Assembly: GCA_964528645.1 (NCBI GenBank)
Contig: CAZGSR010000011.1
Span: 405 to 64,404 of the forward strand
Direction of reading: 5' to 3'
Source of the DNA: an uncultured Mageeibacillus sp.
Lineage (GTDB): Bacteria; Bacillota; Clostridia; Saccharofermentanales; UBA5734
Length of the DNA: 64,000 nucleotides
Below, in pieces: positions 55,200 to 63,345 of this stretch. The position numbers and the translations under genes were made by a program. The notes under the pieces were generated by a model. It saw only the letters and a list, made by a program, of their open reading frames with translations. It was not told where the DNA came from and did not search any database. Every line of letters begins with the position of its first letter. Within the stretch, counting starts at the first letter, position 1.

Positions 55200-55793
55200 A
55201 TGGAATTACTTTTGATCCGCCATGGACTGACCAAGGCCAATCTTGAACGCCGTTTCTGTGGCCTGACCGACTGGCCTGTGCTGCCAGAAGCCCTGCTGTC
55301 TCTCGACCAGATGGTTCTTACGGGGGTCATGCCACCGGTTGAGGTCGTTTGCCATACAGGCCTTCTGCGAACAATCCAGACCGCTGAGCACCTGTTTCCG
55401 GGCATTCCCATGCAGCCTGTTCCCAGACTCGCTGAGTTTGATTTTGGCGATTTTGAAACATTATCCCATGAAGAGCTGCAAGATAATCCGGTATATGTTC
55501 GCTGGCTGGCCGATTTCGAAACGCTGGCCTGCCCGAATGGTGAAAGCCAGCGCGATTTTGTGGCCCGGATTCGACAAGGCTGGCTGGAACTGGCCTCTGA
55601 CTGGACGGGAAAAACTATTGAAAAAGCCGCCCTGGTGACCCATGGCGGCGTGATCGCAGTGCTGATGAACGACTGGTTCCCCGGTGACCAGGACCTGCTA
55701 GACTGGCAACCGGCTTGTGGGTCAGGCTATCGGGTCAGTTTTTCGGCTGGACATCCGAAGCTGGTTGAATCATTCGGCGCCAGAATGATTTGA
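55200..55793 (+). CDS. cobC: Alpha-ribazole phosphatase-type histidine phosphatase CobC
   Basis: It has the RHG motif LLIRHGLTKAN and a later LVTHGGVI. It is the last gene of the cob cluster. Confidence 0.75.
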   Translation: MELLLIRHGLTKANLERRFCGLTDWPVLPEALLSLDQMVLTGVMPPVEVVCHTGLLRTIQTAEHLFPGIPMQPVPRLAEFDFGDFETLSHEELQDNPVYVRWLADFETLACPNGESQRDFVARIRQGWLELASDWTGKTIEKAALVTHGGVIAVLMNDWFPGDQDLLDWQPACGSGYRVSFSAGHPKLVESFGARMI

Positions 55794-56424
55794 CTTCCTT
55801 TCGGCTGGCCAGCGGGATGACTTCGATCGCATCAATTTCCAGTTCCTTCATGGAATAAATCTTGAACCGGTGCTGCTTATAGGAAACCTCCAGGCCTGTG
55901 AATGGCTTGAGGCCCTCCTCACGGATCAGATGCAGGACCAGGTCGCGGGCTGAACGTCCACCATCGTCCGGGGTGAATTTCGTACCCAGGATGGCATTCA
56001 TTTCGCCCAGCGTGGTGTTGGCTTCGATGATGACCCCGTTCGGGTCGGTCTTCTGGGCAAAATAGCGCTTGACGATCAGCAGGGCACAAATTGCCACGAC
56101 ACCGAGGACGATTTCGTAATATTTGGGTTCGTCGATGGCAATCTTGCGGGCGATGATGAAAAACAGGACTTCGATGGTGCTTTCCGGTGTGTGCTTGGAG
56201 ATCATCTTGACAAACTCGACAGCGATGATCAGTTCAATCACGTGCTTGAGGAAGGGCTGGATGTCAAATGTATAGATACGATGGGTGATGTCCCAGAAAT
56301 GGCCGTATAAGCTGACCAGAATCTCAATACCAGCCAGCAGGACGGCTAGGATGATCAACCCGGACAGGGCGATTTCCAAGTAAGAAGCGATGCGGCTGAC
56401 ACGGCTGCGAAAGTATTGTTTCAT
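55735..56424 (-). CDS. PsiE-like four-TM membrane domain fused to a C-terminal soluble domain
   Basis: The N-terminal ~130 aa contain IELIIAVEFVKMI and FFIIARKIAI, as in PsiE-family proteins. The C-terminal ~100 aa are soluble and of unclear family. Its 3' end overlaps cobC by 59 nt. Confidence 0.45.
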   Translation of the reverse strand: MKQYFRSRVSRIASYLEIALSGLIILAVLLAGIEILVSLYGHFWDITHRIYTFDIQPFLKHVIELIIAVEFVKMISKHTPESTIEVLFFIIARKIAIDEPKYYEIVLGVVAICALLIVKRYFAQKTDPNGVIIEANTTLGEMNAILGTKFTPDDGGRSARDLVLHLIREEGLKPFTGLEVSYKQHRFKIYSMKELEIDAIEVIPLASRKEVKSFWRRMIQPASDVQPKN

Positions 56425-56643
56425 GGTCCCTCCGTCGGGATTGACACTTGCAAAAGGTGCAGAGGATTATGCAAACTGGGATACAGGGCAGGAAAGTAAA
56501 GGGTCAGTTCAAGGAAGTGTTTCGATTATAGTTGATTCAGAATAGGTTGACAACTTGGATCTGGATTCCCGGATGCCAGTGGTGCAGGAGGTTGAATGCG
56601 GGCAGACCTACCTGCTTTCAACCGTGAGTTTGTCCGACACTGA

Positions 56644-56678
56644 AAAGCCGCGGATCCCTGATTTGGATTCGCGGCTTT
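56644..56678 (-). terminator. Rho-independent terminator downstream of the eRF1-like gene (usable from both strands)
   Basis: AAAGCCGCGGATCC (56644-56657) pairs with GGATTCGCGGCTTT (56665-56678), with 13 of 14 bp paired and a 7-nt loop. The minus strand continues TTTTCA. Confidence 0.7.
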
Positions 56679-56725
56679 GATCTAAATGAAATCAAAGATT
56701 GTTGAAAACAACCGGATCGCTTGAA

Positions 56726-57895
56726 TCAATATCGCATCAGGGCGACGGCATCAGCACCGTCAGGGATCTGGTCCGGATCGATGGAGTGCACCTGTGCCCC
56801 GTTCGACAACGCCCGGATCGCGGCGAATTCGAGCAAGTCCTGATGTTCGAAAGGGTTGGCCGGATTTCCCGGCTGGGGACGGCTGATTTCGCGTGTTTCC
56901 GGTACGAAACGGCCAGGGAGTGTTTTACCGCGTGGGATGAAAAGCTTGTCGACCCGTCCGTGATCTGCCGCCTCGATGATCTGGCGGATGTTCTGGCGGA
57001 TCCGGTCGCTGCCAAAGAAGTTCTGGGCATTCGTCCAGTCCTGGCTGGCGTGATCAGGCAGATGAGCCTGAACGACCGCCCAAGCCCTGTCCCGGAGCTC
57101 TGTTTCGGTGAGGTGGTCAGGTGAACCGGGGATGTTCACTGGCAGCAAATTGGGATTTTTACTCACCTTTTGGAAAACGGCAAACAGATAATCAACACTG
57201 GCCAGGACCAGGGGCAGATTTTCTTTTTGCCAATGTTCGAGGATCTTGCCATCGACAGCCCGGCAATAGTCCTCAACCATCAGGCGGTCGCGATCTTTGC
57301 TGTTTTCAAAACCATGGCTGACAGCACCTGCGACAGCACCATGGTTCGATCCAGCCGCGCCACCGTACTGCCGCCGTTGCTTTTCGAACGAATAAGCTGA
57401 GACAATGGTTTCCAGTGACTCCGGCAGATCCTGGACTGGGATCTGGATCAGGCGATTTTTGCTGCCGCGATAGACTCGGACGGCCCCTCGGCCAATGGCC
57501 AGCAACAGATATTCTGCGTTCAGGACATCCAGCTCGAGCAAGGGGCGCACCGTGAAATGATCATCGATGACTATGTTTTCATCCACTGGCTGTTCCAGCG
57601 AAAAAATCACAGACTGGTTGTCGCTCATGAACATAGCCAGGGCTTCAGGGGCGACCGCCCAGAAGAGCGGTTGTTCCAGGAGCTCACTGGCCGGTTTGAG
57701 GATGTTCTGGATTTTGGGGACAGTCAGGCCATTGCCTTTGAGGTGGTCCTCGGCCTGACGCAACAAGGTGCGAAGGCGGATCTGGGACATCTTGACATCG
57801 TTGCCTTCACGCAGGATTGGCAGATAGATGGAAACACAGGGGAATTCCTGGATCGAAACCAGGGTTTGCAATGTATCGCGGTCAAAACGTAGCAT
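56726..57895 (-). CDS. Bacterial archaeo-eukaryotic release factor-like (eRF1/Pelota fold, baeRF-type) protein
   Basis: The ATG at 57895 lies 7 nt after GGAGA; the ORF-track start at 57940 has no SD. The central segment FEKQRRQYGGAAGSNHG...DRDRLMVEDYCRAVDGKI parallels the eRF1 M-domain segment KKHGRGGQS...EKRHNYVRKVAE. The C-terminus ...IIEAADHGRVDKLFI...DLLEFAAIRALSNGAQVHSI...GADAVALMRY parallels eRF1 domain 3, which ends in ...AILRY. Confidence 0.45.
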   Translation of the reverse strand: MLRFDRDTLQTLVSIQEFPCVSIYLPILREGNDVKMSQIRLRTLLRQAEDHLKGNGLTVPKIQNILKPASELLEQPLFWAVAPEALAMFMSDNQSVIFSLEQPVDENIVIDDHFTVRPLLELDVLNAEYLLLAIGRGAVRVYRGSKNRLIQIPVQDLPESLETIVSAYSFEKQRRQYGGAAGSNHGAVAGAVSHGFENSKDRDRLMVEDYCRAVDGKILEHWQKENLPLVLASVDYLFAVFQKVSKNPNLLPVNIPGSPDHLTETELRDRAWAVVQAHLPDHASQDWTNAQNFFGSDRIRQNIRQIIEAADHGRVDKLFIPRGKTLPGRFVPETREISRPQPGNPANPFEHQDLLEFAAIRALSNGAQVHSIDPDQIPDGADAVALMRY

Positions 57896-58048
57896 AGCAT
57901 CATCTCCATTCTTCTCGCTGCAGCAAAGCTCTAATTTCATTATACATCTTCGTTCTGGAAAAAACTGAATGGATTATGGTTACTTTAATTCATTGAAGCC
58001 CAGCAAGTTTCCATGATACAGTTAATAAAAGCCAGGGAGGTCGTTGCC

Positions 58049-59053
58049 ATGGAATTTCAGACTGAAAGGATGTCCCTCCAGCTGGCAGACAGGGTCGATT
58101 CTCTGATGGAGCCTGTGCCCTCGAGCCTGCCAGAACTAAACAAGCAAAACCAAATTTTCGGCTTGATCTTGAGCGATCCGAAAATTGCCCGGCAAGAGCT
58201 GGCGATTTTTCCGCTTTGCCTTGATTTGGCTCGGCGCAAAGCCCGGGCTGGAGGTCTTGAGCAGGGGGCGCTTTTTTGTGGGCTCGACCCGAAAAAGCAT
58301 CCCTGCCATCCAGATGATCCCCCAGAGACTCCGCTCCGCCTACTGCCGAGTTTCAGCTTGTCCCAATTGATGATCGATTACTACCGGACCAGCCTTGACT
58401 TCCAGTTCCTGCTTTCAGGCGGGGCGGATGTGATCTTCGAGACCGCACGTCTGTGGCGGTCGGTCCAGAAGCCAGGCACGGCTTACGATGTCAGCGAATG
58501 GCCAGCCTTAGAACCCCTCATCCAGCTCAATTTGCACTGGACAAGCCGGATCTGGTCGATGCTGGAACGTGCCGGAAAGCAGCAGGGTGTGGCAGCACGG
58601 CTTGGCTTATCTGAGCAGGAGGTCCACCAATTGGCCGAATTACTCATGCCGCTGCCAGAAAAGACTATGTTCAGAGACAAATCCAGTCAAATACAAGAGG
58701 CTGCAGACATATTGTCAGGTCTGGTTCACACTGGCCACAACCTGTCATCTGAAACTTGGCACAGCGGTGTTGAAGCGGGCTTTCTTGCTATCCTGGCAAC
58801 ACAGATCGCCCGCCTCGTAATCGATGGGGAAGAGCTCTCATTTTCGCCTGTTTTACCGCTTGGTTGGCAGGGATATACCCTGCGCCTAACCTTCAGGGGC
58901 AGCAAATTCGACGTTCAGATCACAGGCTCGACAGGCAAGCTGACCCTGACCGAAGGTTCTGCTATTCCCGTTATTGTCTACGGTCTGGAGTACATGCTTG
59001 AAGATGAATTTGAATTTGACCTTGTGAAAAATGAGGCTTTTCCTGATGAATGA
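58049..59053 (+). CDS. Degenerate, shortened GH65-like (glycoside phosphorylase family) protein
   Basis: The ATG at 58049 lies 8 nt after GGGAGG. DYYRTSLDFQFLLSGGADVIFETARLWRS matches the GH65 ETARFW region. The C-terminus EAGFLAILATQIARLVIDGEELSFSPVLPLGWQGYTLRLTFRGSKFDVQI matches the GH65 C-terminal sandwich. The catalytic GPDEY region and about half of the usual length are missing. Confidence 0.4.
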   Translation: MEFQTERMSLQLADRVDSLMEPVPSSLPELNKQNQIFGLILSDPKIARQELAIFPLCLDLARRKARAGGLEQGALFCGLDPKKHPCHPDDPPETPLRLLPSFSLSQLMIDYYRTSLDFQFLLSGGADVIFETARLWRSVQKPGTAYDVSEWPALEPLIQLNLHWTSRIWSMLERAGKQQGVAARLGLSEQEVHQLAELLMPLPEKTMFRDKSSQIQEAADILSGLVHTGHNLSSETWHSGVEAGFLAILATQIARLVIDGEELSFSPVLPLGWQGYTLRLTFRGSKFDVQITGSTGKLTLTEGSAIPVIVYGLEYMLEDEFEFDLVKNEAFPDE

Positions 59054-60737
59054 ATCGATAGGACAATCTTTGGATAACGACAGTCCGTCAAGGCACAAAC
59101 GGTTTCCAGGATCTGTTTTCTGGTTGCTGCTGCCCGCGATCCTGTATGTGGTTTTTCTGCTGGTGCTTCCTGGGCAGCGACTGGATCTTGAGCTGGAACA
59201 GGCACAACGGCTTGGTGTCGAATGGTACGTGGCTGGTCCGGACGGGGAAGGCCAACCGGTCAGCCTTCCGGCCAATTTAACATGGCCTGCGGGAAATCCG
59301 CTTACGATAAAAACCAGTCTTCCACCTCCTTTTAAAGATCAACAGACGCTCTTGATCCGTTCGTCTCTCCAGACCATATCGGTCTTGCTGGACGGGGAAG
59401 CCATTCACTCCTATGATCGCCTCAAACAAGAATGGCCTCGATCACCTCTGGCAAGTTCCTGGCACATGGTCCGGATACCATCCCATAGTGACGGCAAATC
59501 GCTGGAAATTGTTGTCACTTCTTCGTATGAAAGCATGTCTGGCCGGATCAATGCCATCCATTACGGTAACAAAGCGAGCTTGATGTATTGGCTGGCTACG
59601 ATCTATGGTCCGGGTTTGTTTTTGAGCGTCCTGCAGATTCTGGTCGGAGTAACTTTGCTGGCCGTTGCGTTTTTCATGCCGTCGAGATCCCGGAGAAGCA
59701 TCTGGGCACTCGGTGCCTTTGCTGTCCTGATGGGCAGCTGGTTTCTGGCAGAATCCAGGATGATGCAATTTTTCTTGCCCAATGATCTGATTATCGGCAG
59801 CCTGGCCTATGTTTCACTGACACTTTGCCCGATTCCGTTCTTGATTCTGGTTTCTGACACTGTTTTGCCAGACTATCGGGTTTTATTCAACCGCCTGGTC
59901 ATTCTGTTCAGCATTTTTTCCATTCTGATCCAGTTGCTTCAGTTCCTTGGCTGGGCAGATTTTTTCACTACCGTGCTGTATACCAATCTAGGGATTGCTC
60001 TGGTCATGAGCGTGATTCTCGTCATGCTGGTGAAAGGCTGGCTCTTGAACAAGAGTAAGGAAATCGCCCGATTCCTGATCGCATTTTCCATTCTGGCTTT
60101 CTTTGGTTTTCTGGAGTTTGCCAACTTTTTAAGGGGTGATTTTACCGATACATCTGTCTTTTTGCGTCTTGGGTTTATCGCATTCCTTCTGATCCTGGCT
60201 TTCCAGTCCTTGCGCAACGCCCGGCTGATCATGCTCCAGAATCAAGCTGCGCTGATCTATGAAAAAATGGCCTTTGAGGATATTTTAACTGGCCTTGGCA
60301 ACCGCGCGGCCTTTGAACGGGATACGGCCGGTTTCAAATTGAATGCCCAGATCGGATCGTCCGTCAGGCTTGTGTCCATGGACCTCAATAATCTGAAGTG
60401 GATCAATGACCAGAAGGGACATGCTGCCGGTGATGAAGCAATCCGTCTGGCCAGCCACTGCATGAAACAATATTTTGCGCCCCTGGGTCGCTGCTATCGG
60501 CTGGGTGGTGATGAATTCGCCTGTCTGATCCAGCCGGATCAGCCGGAGGTTTTCCGTCAGAATCTGGAGCAGTTCCAGACGCAAATCAAGACGATCAGCA
60601 AGGACGTGGACTACCCCTTTTCGATTGCCATAGGTAGCGCTGTCTATCCGACTGAAAGAACAGATTCTTTCCATAAATTCCTGATCCAGGTCGATCAGTT
60701 GATGTATCAGGACAAGCAAAAAAAGCCTGTACCTTGA
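59031..60737 (+). CDS. Diguanylate cyclase (GGDEF) with an extracytoplasmic 7TMR-DISM-type sensor domain and 7 TM helices
   Basis: The GGDEF domain contains DILTGLGNRAAFERD, VSMDLNNLKWINDQKGHAAGDEAI and YRLGGDEFACLI. An N-terminal signal/TM segment is followed by a ~170-aa extracytoplasmic domain and then about 7 TM segments. The start is at 59031 or 59046 and overlaps the previous gene. Confidence 0.85.
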   Translation: MRLFLMNESIGQSLDNDSPSRHKRFPGSVFWLLLPAILYVVFLLVLPGQRLDLELEQAQRLGVEWYVAGPDGEGQPVSLPANLTWPAGNPLTIKTSLPPPFKDQQTLLIRSSLQTISVLLDGEAIHSYDRLKQEWPRSPLASSWHMVRIPSHSDGKSLEIVVTSSYESMSGRINAIHYGNKASLMYWLATIYGPGLFLSVLQILVGVTLLAVAFFMPSRSRRSIWALGAFAVLMGSWFLAESRMMQFFLPNDLIIGSLAYVSLTLCPIPFLILVSDTVLPDYRVLFNRLVILFSIFSILIQLLQFLGWADFFTTVLYTNLGIALVMSVILVMLVKGWLLNKSKEIARFLIAFSILAFFGFLEFANFLRGDFTDTSVFLRLGFIAFLLILAFQSLRNARLIMLQNQAALIYEKMAFEDILTGLGNRAAFERDTAGFKLNAQIGSSVRLVSMDLNNLKWINDQKGHAAGDEAIRLASHCMKQYFAPLGRCYRLGGDEFACLIQPDQPEVFRQNLEQFQTQIKTISKDVDYPFSIAIGSAVYPTERTDSFHKFLIQVDQLMYQDKQKKPVP

Positions 60738-60823
60738 TTGGCCGAACCGGTCAAACTGCGTTATGATGGTAACAGGAAGTTACGGAAAGTGATGCAGGCA
60801 CATGACTTGACGAGCTGACTATC

Positions 60824-60836
60824 AAGAATTATTCTT
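60824..60836 (+). promoter_or_regulatory. PerR/Fur-like palindromic box overlapping the putative rubrerythrin promoter
   Basis: AAGAAT-T-ATTCTT is a perfect 6-1-6 inverted repeat. It overlaps the candidate promoter TTGACG, 17-nt spacer, TATTCT, and lies 30 nt before the rbr ATG. Confidence 0.35.
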
Positions 60837-60866
60837 AGTAGCATCTAGACTTAAGGAGGATGACAC

Positions 60867-61460
60867 ATGGCCAAACTAGAAGGAACCAAGACCCTTGAGA
60901 ACTTGATGAAAGCATTTGCAGGAGAATCCCAGGCTCGGAACCGCTACACGTATTTTGCGTCGGTTGCCCGGAAAGAAGGCTATCACCAGATTGAAGCCAT
61001 TTTCCTGGAGACCGCCGACAATGAGAAAGAACACGCCAAACTATTCTACAAATACATTGTCGCTGGAATGGATGCCCAATCCGCAGTTCCGGTAGACATC
61101 TGCGCGACCTACCCGGCCGGACTCGGGGACACCCGCCAAAACCTGCTCTCTGCCGCCGCTGGCGAACGCGAAGAGTGGACCCTCCTGTATAATAATTTTG
61201 CTGAAATTGCCGTCCAGGAAGGTTTCAAAGATGTCGCAGCCACCTTTGACAAAATCGCAGAGGTCGAAAAGGAACACGAAGCCCGTTATTTGAAGCTGGC
61301 TGAAAACATCATCAATGACAAGGTTTTTGCCAAGGACGCACCCGTACTCTGGAAATGCCGCAATTGTGGCTATATTGTGGAAGGATTGGCTGCGCCGCAG
61401 ATTTGCCCGGCCTGCAAACATCCACGCGAGTACTTCGAAGTCGCTGCGATGAATTTCTAA
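60867..61460 (+). CDS. rbr: Rubrerythrin
   Basis: AAGGAGG lies upstream. It contains TLENLMKAFAGESQARNRY and EKEHAKLF (diiron four-helix bundle) and a C-terminal rubredoxin-type WKCRNCGY...CPACKHP. Confidence 0.9.
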   Translation: MAKLEGTKTLENLMKAFAGESQARNRYTYFASVARKEGYHQIEAIFLETADNEKEHAKLFYKYIVAGMDAQSAVPVDICATYPAGLGDTRQNLLSAAAGEREEWTLLYNNFAEIAVQEGFKDVAATFDKIAEVEKEHEARYLKLAENIINDKVFAKDAPVLWKCRNCGYIVEGLAAPQICPACKHPREYFEVAAMNF

Positions 61461-61521
61461 GAAACCGCACCAGTACGGGGCTGGATTTACCTGGCTCCAA
61501 TGATACCGGAGGATACAAATC

Positions 61522-62034
61522 ATGGGCAAGACAGCCGTAGAAATTTCCAATGTCAACAACAAAGAAATCATCACAGTCCTGAATGAAGCATTGTCCGAGG
61601 AATGGCTGGCGTACTATCAGTACTGGATCGGTTCGCGCCTGATGGTCGGACCGATGCGCAGTGAGGTTGAACCTGAATTGCTGCTGCACGCCACCCAGGA
61701 GCTCGGTCATGCAGAGCTTGTCCTCAACCGCATCATCCAGCTCGGCGGCACTCCCGTTCTTAATCCCAACAAATGGAAAGACCTGGCCCGCTGCGACTAT
61801 GAGGAGCCATCTGATCCGTACATCGAAGTCATTCTCGAACAGAACCTGCGCGGTGAACGGTGCGCGATCCAGCGCTACCAGACCCTGGCGGCCATGACTG
61901 AGGGTAAGGACTATGCGACCTACCAGATGGCGATCACGATCCTGAACGAAGAACTCGAGCACGAGCACGACATCGAGGATTTCATTGCCGACATCGAACG
62001 GTTGAAAGAAGACATCCGCCAGTTCCGGCTCTGA
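61522..62034 (+). CDS. Ferritin-like (bacterioferritin/Dps-superfamily) diiron protein
   Basis: The 170-aa protein has E-x-x-H pairs QELGHAE and EELEHEH within predicted helices. Confidence 0.7.
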   Translation: MGKTAVEISNVNNKEIITVLNEALSEEWLAYYQYWIGSRLMVGPMRSEVEPELLLHATQELGHAELVLNRIIQLGGTPVLNPNKWKDLARCDYEEPSDPYIEVILEQNLRGERCAIQRYQTLAAMTEGKDYATYQMAITILNEELEHEHDIEDFIADIERLKEDIRQFRL

Positions 62035-62268
62035 CACCAAAACCCCGCCAGATAGTTCCAGTCCATTGCAGCGGGAAACCTGAATTTTTCTAGAAAAAAC
62101 CGGTTCCGTACCTATTGGATGAAAATCCATAGAGATGGGACCGGTTTTTAAATGGTGCAGATAAGCTGTGTTGGAGCAAGGGAACTGGCGATCTTTTGCC
62201 GGGGGTTCATTAAAACCTGAGGTGTGATCGCCAGTCCCTTTGTCCAGTCAGCAGGAAAATGGGCTGGT

Positions 62269-62886
62269 TCAGCGGTACTGAATGGCGTTGAACTTGCAGG
62301 CCTCGATACAGTTGCGGCAAACCAGGCATTCAGCAGGCTGGATCTTGTATTTGCCGCCTTCGGATTTGCTGATGGTAGCCGTTGGGCAAACCTTTGCACA
62401 GGCGCCGCAGTTGACACAGGCACTCGCCTCGATGGCCATTTTCTTCCTGGAGAGACGGCCGGGCAGGCTGAGAATCGTGCCATATGGGCACAAGTAACGA
62501 TGCCAGAGCAGTTCAGGGAAGAAAAGGGTCAGGCCGATCCCAAGGAAAAAGAGGGCTGGCAGGACCGGCAACGGTTTTTTGCCGATGATACCCAGTGCAG
62601 CGAGCCCCAGGAAAGCGACCAGGATGGCGATCCGGACCCAGGACTGAGTGAGCCATTTTGGCGTCGCCAGGCTCTTGATGTTGAGTTTCTTTTTCAACCA
62701 GGTCTCAAACCTCATCACGGTGTTCATTGGGCAGACCCAACCACAATAGAAGCGGCCAAAGAACAGGCCGGCAATGGCACTGCCCAGGAAGATAACCATC
62801 CAGAGCTGGATTTTGCCTTTGGCCAACAAAACGAGGAACAGGACGAGAAAAACGATTTGCAGGGCCGTCTGGAGTTTCTTAGTCAT
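62269..62886 (-). CDS. Membrane-bound 4Fe-4S ferredoxin-type protein (NapH/MauN-like)
   Basis: The start is the ATG at 62886. It has TM segments containing GRFYCGWVCPMN and HRYLCPYG, then two ferredoxin motifs CVNCGACAKVCP and CLVCRNCIEACK. Confidence 0.7.
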   Translation of the reverse strand: MTKKLQTALQIVFLVLFLVLLAKGKIQLWMVIFLGSAIAGLFFGRFYCGWVCPMNTVMRFETWLKKKLNIKSLATPKWLTQSWVRIAILVAFLGLAALGIIGKKPLPVLPALFFLGIGLTLFFPELLWHRYLCPYGTILSLPGRLSRKKMAIEASACVNCGACAKVCPTATISKSEGGKYKIQPAECLVCRNCIEACKFNAIQYR

Positions 62887-62887
62887 G

Positions 62888-63220
62888 CTATTTCTCGCCT
62901 CTGCCAACCCAGTTGGGATTAGGCGTCTTGACGACGTAGAATTCCAAAATGCCGTCAGAAAAATTATTGACATTCATTTTTGTATTGTTCGGGATTTCGA
63001 TGATCTGGCCGGACTGGTAATCAACAGCGGCCTGGTCACCCAGGCGAAGGTTCATGGTTCCACGCAGAATCACCATGTTGACATGGGCATTGGTATAATG
63101 CTCCGGCAATCCTTCACCGGTCGGCATGATCATGTGATTGATCAGAATCGATTCTGCACTGACGACAGTCTCAATGGTCCGGGTATCCTGCTGGATCGGG
63201 GTGTGAACAGTTTCAATCAT
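62888..63220 (-). CDS. Cupin-domain protein
   Basis: The ATG at 63220 follows AGGAGGAA. The ~110-aa protein has the motif context MPTGEGLPEHYTNAHVNMVILRGTMNLRLGD and GQIIEIPNNTKMNV, typical of small cupins. Confidence 0.65.
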   Translation of the reverse strand: MIETVHTPIQQDTRTIETVVSAESILINHMIMPTGEGLPEHYTNAHVNMVILRGTMNLRLGDQAAVDYQSGQIIEIPNNTKMNVNNFSDGILEFYVVKTPNPNWVGRGEK

Positions 63221-63345
63221 AGTGGGTTCCTCCTGACAGTAAACGATGTGTTGAGTATAATGGGACACAGATAAAAAGAGAGTTACCATGGAAACTTATT
63301 TGGCAAAACAATGCAAAGATTCTTGAAAGGGCAGGTTGTTCACGC

